Shown here piece by piece: positions 49,701-61,700 of a stretch of DNA of 64,000 nucleotides. Origin of the DNA: Ylistrum balloti. Taxonomy: Eukaryota. The notes under the pieces were generated by a model. That model saw only the letters and a list, made by a program, of their open reading frames with translations, was not told the DNA's origin and did no database searches. A program made the position numbers and the translations under genes. The DNA lies in the NCBI RefSeq assembly GCF_031769215.1, contig NW_026782721.1, positions 434,001 through 498,000 on the forward strand. The letters run 5' to 3'. Every line of letters begins with the position of its first letter. The first letter of the stretch is position 1.

Positions 49701-52700
49701 GTGGTTTCCAATTGATTCACATACTGATGGTGGTACTGTATTTTTGATATTAAAAAGATATGCATTCTTAAAAAATAAAAATTCAAAATTGATGAAATGA
49801 GATCAATAACAGTTCATAATCATTTTATTTTTTAAGTATAACTGACCATGATGTTAATAATAAATACAACTGAATGGGATATAACATTTCAAAGACAATA
49901 ATGAAGAAACTAGGTCAGCGTACAACATTTGTCAATGGTCATGACAAAGTGTGTTAAAACTTTTTATATGTTAACCAGACCCGAAAGAAGAATTCTCGTA
50001 TTTCCTTTCTTATTTACCCAACATTTCCTGATATCATAACACCAAATTTTTACCAGTCATGTCAGAGAGTCAGACACATTTTGATACATACTGTCATAAA
50101 TGTCATTCCATTAACCCTCTTGTATATCATTTCCTTTATAAACACACGAATGTCACAACATTACAAACCTGTCTTCAAATCAAAGTCGGGGTGTGTGGTG
50201 AAAAGATCCTCTACACCGATATCAGGCGTCTTGCCGGCGAGTTCCAATTCACACCAGAAAGGAATATGTTTAGGATGGAAATGGTATTCCTGGATTCTAG
50301 CTGTGCAGTTTTCTCCTGTAATGTACGATCCAACTTCCTTTTTAACCTCACATGTCAAAAGTTTATTTCATTTCATATTTCATTAACTTAACCTAGAAAG
50401 CATGCAGACTAGTCAAGATGACTTTTGTGACACAACTGGCAGTGTGTTTGACCAGTTATCAACATTTTAAACATTTTAACACTCCTTTAAATAAGAAGTA
50501 AATTTATTATCTAGATTTGCAAACAAGATAATTTCTTTACAATATTCCAATTTAGCAGGACTTACATTTTATGTTCATTTCAGTCAGAACAAGTGTACAT
50601 GGATTACTATTTGGAGAACACTAGCTTTTCAAAATTTTGACAAAGGTAAAAAAGATAGAAGAAAAACTGCCTCTTTGTTTGTATATACAAGTACATATCT
50701 CTTGTGTGAGATATTCACTGATATTTTCACTGATTACTTTCCTATTTCGTCAAGATCTAGTTTTAAATAAATATGAAGACGATGGTCAAGATCTGGTTCT
50801 AATCTAATATGAAGACGAACCTGTGATTCCTGTTGTTAATGTTAGTTATAAAATACCTACCCAAAACTTCATTTTCATCATCCAGGACGACAGTAATGAA
50901 GGGAGCTTTCCCTCTAGACTGGACATTGGTCAAGTGGTCCACACTGTTGTCCAGTGTCAACTTACTGATTGGCGAAACTGTCACCTGTAAAGTAACAATG
51001 AAAAATCAGGATTAGGGGACATTTTTCAGGAATATTATCTCGAACACTTATTTTCAAACTTACCTTTGTTCTAGCAACTGAAAATGTTATTATTACTATC
51101 TGATAATAAGTGAAACTGCAGTGGTCAAGTGGTTAAGGAGTCTAAATATCTCCATCACAGCTAGCCCTCCACTTCTAGGTAAAGGGTTCAAGGCCTACAT
51201 GGGCCCACACCAGGTAATGGCTACAGGTCGGTATTTTTTCTCTGTGAACCCTAACTTCCCTCCACAAACCAAACCTGGCACATCCTTAAATGATCCTGGC
51301 TGAGGTAAGGAAACCTAACCTAACCTAACCTTGATAAGAAGTCATGTGGAGCCAAAAACCAACACAAAGAAAACTTTAAATTGTGTGTTTGTATTTAACA
51401 TAATAGAATTGCCTTACACCTTGAAAAGAAGATTGTACAAAAGACAGGTAAAGTGAATAGCACCATTCAGTACAATTCAGGAATGAGATTTACAGCCAAA
51501 CAAAGAACAAAACTGAATACAGCTGTTTCATCCTTCATGCACTCATCAGTGATGCTGAGGGGCTAACTTTTAAAACCTAGAAAGTGGCTGAGATATATAA
51601 CAAATGATCCAATAAAATGTCAGAATCTAGAATGGGAGATACTCTTGCCCAATTATTAAGCAAATTTAATTTTTTTTTTCATGTCAGATAGTTCGAGAAC
51701 ATCAAGTACATAAGTATGTTATTGAATGTTCTGTACCATGCCAATCAATCAATACTAACCTCCATGTATGTAGACACTGTGCTGGAAATGTTATAGTCTA
51801 CAAAAGATTGTCCAACTCCTGTAGCAATAGCGATACCCGAGTCCTTGTCAACGTGGATATTGCCATTGCTGGAAAACCAAGCCCCTCTGTGTCCTGTTTA
51901 ATAAAGATTCTAACATGAATGGGCTGTGTGTGATCAGTGAAGGGTCCTTTAATCACACTACTGCATAGTCTCTATCTCATGTGTTTTACACACTACTGTA
52001 TAGTCTCTGTCCCATGTGTTTTACACACTACTGCATAGTCTCTGTCATATGTGTTTTACACACTACTGCAACGTCTCTATCTCATGTGTTTTAAACACTA
52101 CTGCAACGTCTCTGTCTCATGTGTTTTACACACTACTGCAGAGTCTCTGTCTCATGTGTTTTACACACTACTGCATAGTCTCTGTCTCATGTGTTTACAC
52201 ACTACTGCATAGTCTCTGTCCCATGTGTTTACACACTACTGCATAGTCTCTGTCCTATGTGTTTTACATATAGAATTCAATATATAAGTATGCTGGTGTG
52301 ATGACGATTAGCCTGACTGACCAGATAGAACATAAAATCACACTACCTGGGTATGACTATGATAATAACCTTCCCTAAATGATATGGATCTTTAAGTACA
52401 ACAGTAATAACCATTTACAAATGACAATGTAAAATTCAAAATTCTGTATTCTACTGGATCTTTTCACCAGGAGATCTAAAAATAAAGCTCAACACCAAGC
52501 TGAACATAAAACTTTAACTTTGTTTTGAGAAAATTTGTCTTCTAAACACAAACAGCATTCTGTTTTATGATTAACAAGCACACTTAACCTTAAAAATTAG
52601 GCTAAATTGAGAAATGAAACCAAGTCCTGAGATACTCTTGGTTATATGACTAAAGAACAGGTTTAGTGATAATAGCACTCGTAATGATTGAACAACTTTT

Positions 52701-55700
52701 AGTTTAGCACAAAAGTTGACACCATCACTGATGTTGCTGAAAAATTAACAACTATGCCTGCCTCTGTCGCAAGATTTTTTCAGTGTTTTATATAGCTAGT
52801 GCATTTAAAATTTTTTGCTTGTTATCTGTTGTTGATATCAAGGTCAATAAAATGATACCAGAATCTATAAAATCTCTTGTTGTAAATGCACAGTATCCTG
52901 TCAAAAAAGGAAATATTGGTGAATCACTTACCTTTCTCCGATACCAGTGATGACTGGAAACAAACAATTTCTCCTAAGGACATGACAACCTTAACAGGCA
53001 TGATGGCGTAGTCTCCATGTATATTGATATAATCTGCTAACCAGGGATTCTGTTTGTCCCAAACCTGTAGAGAAATTCATTGGACATTGGTTAATGAAAC
53101 AGGAAATCATGCGATACCACAAATTGAAGAGTTTCCCAAATAGTGAAAACAAGATCAAAATATTTCTTTAACCAATGGAATCTACTGACATGTGCCTAAG
53201 TATTATCCCAGAAATGGCTTTTTATCATGGAGCAACAAACAGAGAGGTTTGTAATTATCCAGATATTTGTGGTAGGTCTCACTTGAAAAACACATCCTCT
53301 GGCAAATACTATTCATAAAATTCTGCGAGGCTAAAGAAAAATCTTTTCAGCTTGATAGGTTGAGTGCGATACTGGACAAGATAGACTTTACAACCCTAAG
53401 GAATCACTTACCTTGAGTATAGTTTGGCCAACATCTGAGACCTTGACAACAAGGGTATTATTTTCTACGCCATAACCAGCTTGTACCAGATCATACCTAG
53501 TAAATGTACAAATCACTACTATACAAGAATTTGATGGAATTCCACTTTGCTTTCAGCACTTTGGCTAAACAAAACACTGAAATAATCAAAATCTTTTCAC
53601 ATTTAAATGTACATTTTTTATCAAACATTTGTGCAAAATAAGTCAATTTAAAAATATTTAAAGGAGATCCAGCAGTATTCTAAAAACAAGTTTGGACAAA
53701 AGAAAAAAAAATTGTTTCATAAATTTCATAATGCCGTAAAAACCCACGTAATGTCCGCATCTGTGTAATGTCCGCACCCCTTTTTTGACACAAAAATCTG
53801 GGGAAAAAATCCACCTTCCATGTAATGTCCGCGGGTAAAAAATGCAAATTGAAGCTGCCGATTTCATTTCACGTACGCTAATGTCGTAATGGCCGAGAGC
53901 ATGTCGCATTGTGTATAACTTACAGGTACCATTCAAGAATTCACTTAATTGTTTATAACAACAGTTATTCTCCATAATGATACAGTAAGCTTACCAGTAT
54001 GACAAGTCCTCATTTCGATAATTGGTGTTTTGATAAGGGTTAGCCCAGCAGTGTTATAAACAGCTTGGGTCGTCTCCTCACCTCGAGTGTGAGTGAGTGA
54101 CAGCGTGTGATTAGCCAATTCACGATAACTATACAGTAACATGACCCGCCCATGACCCACGGCGCCACTGACCCTACTGACACACCATCAGACGACGAGA
54201 ACGCCATTTATTACAACGACCAGACAGAGGAAGACAACTTCAACGCCAAGGAGTTCTTCCACAGTGACGACGACGACTTCTGGGGTTTTTCGAGAAACGC
54301 TATTAAACCGGCCTGCTATGTATTAAGACTTTCTGATAAACGATCCATAATCAATAAAACGTCTGATTATTTATTTTATGTAATATTCTTGTACATGTTA
54401 TTTATTGTTATTTTGTAAATAAAATGTAGAATGAAAATGTTGTGTTATTTTGTATATGCTCATGGGTATGCTTTTTCAATGGGGAAAGGGGAATAACTCT
54501 AACTTTATTCATGTGACAAAGTCAAACAAAATGGCTTCCTATTACGAAGGACGACACAATACGAACTTGTAACGAGAAATTGGAAGGAATTAGCCATGGA
54601 AACTATAATAAATAATCATAAATAATCATGTTTGGTTGAGGAAACATCATAGGAAAAACCATAGAACGATAATATCAGGTATGCTTGGCTTTTAAGAACA
54701 CAATTCAAGGAGATATGATATGAATTGTCGGAAGGAAAAAAGTGTCATTTCCTCTATATCTCTGTAATGTCCGCACCCCCTTTTTTGGATTGATTTTCGG
54801 TGAAAAAAAGTGTGGACATTACATGGGTTTTTACGGTAAATAAAACTTATGCCACCTCCTCCTATACACATATAAATAAATTAACCAAAGTAACAAATTT
54901 TACCTGCTAAATCTGTAACGCATTTTCACATTTGTTGCATAAAACTTTTCTCCAATGTTGTCATGGTAACTGATAGATAAATGAAGAGTACTTCCAACTG
55001 GAATCTTTTTCAGCAACCCTCCAGAAGTCCTCAGTTTAGTGTCAGAATTGATCATCATGTAGGAAACAGGTTTTACCTAAAGGACAAACAGATATATAGG
55101 TTTTACCAAAAAGGTCACTGAAAATATACAGGATTTACCTAGAGGTCACAGAAATATACAGGATTTACCTACAGGTCACAGAAATATACAGGATTTACCT
55201 AGAGGTCACAGAAATATACAGGATTTACCTACAGGTCACAGAAATACACAGGATTTACCTAGAGGTCACAGAACTATAAAATAATTAACTAGAGGTCACA
55301 GAAATATACAGGATTTACCTAGAGGTCACAGAAATATACAGGATTTACCTAGAGGTCACAGAAATACACAGGATTTACCTAGAGGTCACAGAAATATACA
55401 GGATTTACCTACAGGTCACAGAAATACACAGGATTTACCTAGAGGTCACAGAACTATAAAGAATTAACTAGAGGTCACAGAAATATACAGGATTTACCTA
55501 GAGGTCACAGAAATATACAGGATTTACCTAGAGGTCACAGAAATATACAGGATTTACCTAGAGGTCACAGAAATATACAGGATTTACCTAGAGGTTACAG
55601 AAATATACAGGATTTACCTAGAGTTCACAGAAATATACAGGATTTACCTAGAGTTCACAGAAATATACAGAATTTACCTAGAGGTCACAGAAATATACAG

Positions 55701-58700
55701 GATTTACCTAGAGTTCACAGAAATATACAGGATTTACCTAGAGGTCACAGAAATATACAGGATTTACCTAGAGGTCACAGAAATATACAGGAATTACATT
55801 GAAGTCACAGAATTATACAGGTTTACCTAGAGGTCACAGAAATATACAGGATTTACCTAGAGGTCACAGAAATATACAGGAATTACATTGAAGTCACAGA
55901 ATTATACAGGTTTACCTAGAGGTCACAGAAATATACAGGATTTACCTAGAGGTCACAGAGATGACCTTGATGAGAAGGATGAATGTATGAGACAATAACC
56001 TTGATGAGAAGGATGAGGGTAAGAGACAATAACCTTGATCAGAAGGATGAGTGAGAGAGATAATGACCTTTATTAGAAGTACTAATGTCTGGTTAGTACC
56101 AAACTCCTCCTGAGATGTGATGTGGAGGGCAGCCTCTCCAGCCTTTGGTCCAGAAATCAATAAGCCTCCATCTCCCACGGCAACGACCCTCTGGTCACCA
56201 CTAGATGGCAGTACTGTGTAGCTCACTTTGGCTGCCCCATCTCTATTGAATTATAGAAGATTTCTGAGTGTTAGTACTGTGTTAACATCGACCTGTACAA
56301 GTCTTGTAGTACATTGGTGACTTATTGCCACCACAGTTTACTGTCTTCATTTACACCCAAAAAACAAATCAATAAATATCTGTTGATATTGCAATCAAGA
56401 ACTTCATATAACTTTAATATAAAAAGCGAACAATTTATGATTGCTTGAAGTGTTTGAATGTGGAGATTTGTAATACCTGTTTGTTTTGATGACTGCCTCG
56501 GTGTTAGGAGTCATCAGAAGTTTGCCATCACACACAGACGGACTGATCACAGCAAGCTTCTGGAACACCTGAAAATCAACACCAATAATCACAATGAAAT
56601 GTAACATGACTAAATATCATTTCATTACGAGACTATGACAGAAATAATAAACGTAAGTTATAGTACTGTGACAGTGTTAGTGTCTGTTTGCTGCTCCTCC
56701 AATTGATTACTGTTGTACTAATTTGTACTCTTTGCAGCAAAATAAGAGATCATGTGATAAAATTTCATTGCACTAAATCAAGGATGTTAACAGTATTTTT
56801 TAGATTCATGTATCATGATCTCACAAATTTTTTTTTTAAAAAGTTACCAAGTCAAAACTGTAGGTCACTATTTCTCCCTTCACTTAACAGACCCTTCCTC
56901 AATCTGTAGCTCACCACTACTTCATTCTCTTTACTGACCCCACTTTTATCTGTAACACATCAGTCCTGTGTACCCCTAACTAACCCTACCTCAATCTGTA
57001 ACACATCAGTCTCTGTACCCCTAACTGACCCTACCTCAATCTGTAACACATCAGTCCTCTGTACCCCTAACTGACCCTCCCTCAATCTGTAACACATCAG
57101 TCTCTGTACCCCTAACTGACCCTCCCTCAATCTGTAACACATCAGTCCTGTGTACCCCTAACTGACCCTACCTCAATCTCTAACACAATAGTCCTGTGTA
57201 CCCCTAACTGACCCTACCTCAATCTGTAACACATCAGTCCTCTGTACCCCAAACTGACCCTACGTCAATCTGTAACACATCAGTCTCTGTACCCCTAACT
57301 GACCCTACCTCAATCTGTAACACAATAGTCCTCTGTACCCCTAACTGACCCTACCTCAATCTGTAACACATCAGTCCTGTGTACCCCTAACTGACCCTAC
57401 CTCAATCTGTAACGCATCAGTCCTGTGTACCCCTAACTGACCCTACCTCAATCTGTAACACATCAGTCCTCTGTACCCCTAACTGACCCTACCTCAATCT
57501 GTAACACATCAGTCCTGTGTACCCCTAACTGACCCTACCTCAATCTGTAACACATCAGTCCTGTGTACCCCTAACTGACCCTACCTCAATCTGTAACGCA
57601 TCAGTCCTCTGTACCCCTAACTGACCCTACCTCAATCTGTAACACATCAGTCCTCTGTACCCCTAACTAACCCTACCTCAATATGTAACACATCAGTCCT
57701 GTGTACCCCTAACTGACCCTACCTCAATCTGTAACACAATAGTCCTCTGTACCCCTAACTGACCCTACCTCAATCTGTAACACATCAGTCCTCTGTACCC
57801 CTAACTGACCCTACCTCAATCTGTAACACATCAGTCCTCTGTACCCCTAACTGACCCTACCTCAATCTGTAACTCATCAGTCCTCTGTACCCCTAACTGA
57901 CCCTACCTCAATCTGTAACACATCAGTCCTCTGTACCCCTAACTGACCCTACCTCAATCTGTAACACATCAGTCCTGTACCCCTAACTGACCCTACCTCA
58001 ATCTGTAACACATCAGTCCTGTGTACCCCTAACTGACCCTACCTCAATCTGTAACACATCAGTCCTCTGTACCCCTAACTGACCCTACCTCAATCTGTAA
58101 CACATCAGTCCTCTGTACCCCTAACTGACCCTACCTCAATCTGTAACACATCAGTCCTCTGTACCCCTAACTGACCCTACCTCAATCTGTAACACATCAG
58201 TCCTCTGTACCCCTAACTGACCCTACCTCAATCTGTAACACATCAGTCCTCTGTACCCCTAACTGACCCTACCTCAATCTGTAACACATCAGTCCTCTGT
58301 ACCCCTAACTGACCCTACCTCAATCTGTAACACATCAGTCAATATGTAACACTCTGTGTACCCCTAACTGACCCTACCTCAATCTGTAACACATCAGTCC
58401 TCTGTACCCCTAACTGACCCTACCTCAATCTGTAACACATCAGTCCTCTGTACCCCTAACTGACCCTACCTCAATCTGTAACACATCAGTCCTCTGTACC
58501 CCTAACTGACCCTACCTCAATCTGTAACACATCAGTCCTCTGTACCCCTAACTGACCCTACCTCAATCTGTAACACATCAGTCCTCTGTACCCCTAACTG
58601 ACCCTACCTCAATCTGTAACACATCAGTCCTCTGTACCCCTAACTGACCCTACCTCAATCTGTAACACATCAGTCCTCTGTACCCCTAACTGACCCTACC

Positions 58701-61700
58701 TCAATCTGTAACACATCAGTCCTGTGTACCCCTAACTGACCCTACCTCAATCTGTAACACATCAGTCCTCTGTACCCCTAACTGACCCTACCTCAATCTG
58801 TAACACATCAGTCCTGTGTACCCCTAACTGACCCTACCTCAATCTGTAACACATCAGTCCTCTGTACCCCTAACTGACCCTACCTCAATCTGTAACACAT
58901 CAGTCCTCTGTACCCCTAACTGACCCTACCTCAATCTGTAACACATCAGTCCTCTGTACCCCTAACTGACCCTACCTCAATCTGTAACACATCAGTCCTG
59001 TGTACCCCTAACTGACCCTACCTCAATCTGTAACACATCAGTCCTCTGTACCCCTAACTGACCCTACCTCAATATGTAACACATCAGTCCTGTGTACCCC
59101 TAACTGACCCTACCTCAATCTGTAACACATCAGTCCTCTGTACCCCTAACTGACCCTACCTCAATCTGTAACACATCAGTCCTGTGTACCCCTAACTGAC
59201 CCTACCTCAATCTGTAACACATCAGTCCTGTGTACCCCTAACTGACCCTACCTCAATCTGTAACACATCAGTCCTGTGTACCCCTAACTGACCCTACCTC
59301 AATCTGTAACACATCAGTCCTCTGTACCCCTAACTGACCCTACCTCAATCTGTAACACATCAGTCCTCTGTACCCCTAACTGACCCTACCTCAATCTGTA
59401 ACACATCAGTCCTCTGTACCCCTAACTGACCCTACCTCAATCTGTAACACATCAGTCCTCTGTACCCCTAACTGACCCTACCTCAATCTGTAACACATCA
59501 GTCCTGTGTACCCCTAACTGTAACACACCCTGTGTACCTCAATCTGTAACACAATCTGTAACACATCACTCTGTAACACATCAGTCCTCTGTACCCCTAA
59601 CTGACCCTACCTCAATCTGTAACACATCAGTCCTGTGTACCCCTAACTGACCCTACCTCAATCTGTAACACATCAGTCCTCTGTACCCCTAACTGACCCT
59701 ACCTCAATCTGTAACACATCAGTCCTCTGTACCCCTAACTGACCCTACCTCAATCTGTAACACATCAGTCCTCTGTACCCCTAACTGACCCTACCTCAAT
59801 CTGTAACACATCAGTCCCCTGTACCCCTAACTGACCCTACCTCTGTAACACAACACACACATCAGTCCTCTGTACCCCTAACTGACCCTACCTCAATCTG
59901 TAACACATCAGTCCTCTGTACCCCTAACTGACCCTACCTCAATCTGTAACACATCAGTCCTCTGTACCCCTAACTGACCCTACCTCAATCTGTAACACAT
60001 CAGTCCTCTGTACCCCTAACTGACCCTACCTCAATCTGTAACACATCAGTCCTCTGTACCCCTAACTGACCCTACCTCAATCTGTAACACATCAGTCCTC
60101 TGTACCCCTAACTGACCCTACCTCAATCTGTAACACAATAGTCCTCTGTACCCCTAACTGACCCTACCTCAATCTGTAACACATCAGTCCTGTGTACCCC
60201 TAACTGACCCTACCTCAATCTGTAACACATCAGTCCTCTGTACCCCTAACTGACCCTACCTCAATCTGTAACACATAAGTCCTCTGTACCCCGAACTGAC
60301 CCTACCTCAATCTGTAACACATCAGTCCCTGTACCCCTAACTGACCCTACCTCAATCTGTAACACATCAGTCCTCTGTACCCCTAACTGACCCTACCTCA
60401 ATCTGTAACACATCAGTCCTAACTGTACCCCTAACTGACCTAACTGACCCTACCTCAATCTGTAACACATCAGTCCTGTGTAGCCCTAACTGACCCTACC
60501 TCAATCTGTAACACATCAGTCCTCTGTACCCCAAACTGACCCTACGTCAATCTGTAACACATCAGTCCTCTGTACCCCTAACTGACCCTACCTCAATCTG
60601 TAACACATCAGTCCTGTGTACCCCTAACTGACCCTACCTCAATCTGTAACACATCAGTCCTCTGTACCCCTAACTGACCCTACCTCAATCTGTAACACAA
60701 TAGTCCTCTGTACCCCTAACTGACCCTACCTCAATCTGTAACACATCAGTCCTGTGTACCCCTAACTGACCCTACCTCAATCTGTAACACATCAGTCCTG
60801 TGTACCCCTACCTCAATATGTAACACATCAGTCCTGTGTACCCCTAACTAACCCTTCCTCAATATGTAACACATCAGTCTCTGTACCCCTAACTAACCCT
60901 TCCTCAATATGTAACACATCAGTCCTCTGTGCCCCTAACTGACCCTACCTCAATCTGTAACACAATAGTCCTCTGTACCCCTAACTGACCCTACCTCAAT
61001 CTGTAACACATAAGTCCTCTGTACCCCTAACTAACCCTACCTCAATCTGTAACACATCAGTCCTGTGTACCCCTAACTGACCCTACCTCAATATGTAACA
61101 CATCAGTCCTCTGTACCCCTAACTGACCCTACCTCAATATGTAACACATCAGTCCTCTGTACCCCTAACTGACCCTACCTCCATCTGTAACACATCAGTC
61201 CTCTGAAACCCTAAGTAACCCTAAACCCTACCTCAATCTGTAGTTCATCAGTTAGCTGCATATGACCGCTAACTTGGATTTTCTGGAATCTTGCTGGGCT
61301 GACCTCCAGCTTGACTGTCACCCTTCCAGGTTCCCTAGCAACCAGCTGGTTGGCAAAGTCACTCTGTTCTGGAGGAAAGACACCACTCTGCAGAGTAAAA
61401 ATCAAATCAAAGATTCATAACAAGCATTTCAGGTTGACATTAGCGGCTGAGAACAGTTAATGGAATAATAGAAAATTCTCTCACAAGAGTGAGAGCTGTT
61501 TACTACAACACTGATCTGGACTATAATAGCACACACAATCCTGCAGTTTCATCCAATAATATACCAATAACTCACCGAATGGAAGACGTTCTCGAGAAAG
61601 ACAACATCTTTGTTGGAGACGGACCATGAGAATGTGAGTGGTGGGATGGCACTACCAAATGTAAACGGAGTCTCATGTTCTGTTGTTCCGACAGCATACA

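Noticed and set aside
51313-51332. (CCTAA)4 as an interstitial telomere
   Set aside because: It is too short, sits as the tail of a SINE, and is not the TTAGGG repeat expected in molluscs.
51955-52270. 35-bp array as another splice-junction-seeded repeat
   Set aside because: It stops about 60 nt short of the acceptor and its unit does not match the junction; it is a counter-example to the pattern.
53945-54160. Minus-strand ORF with a donor as an extra NUP210 exon
   Set aside because: The flanking exons 55076-54904 and 53496-53412 already join in phase and match gp210 continuously; the ORF is inside the transposon.
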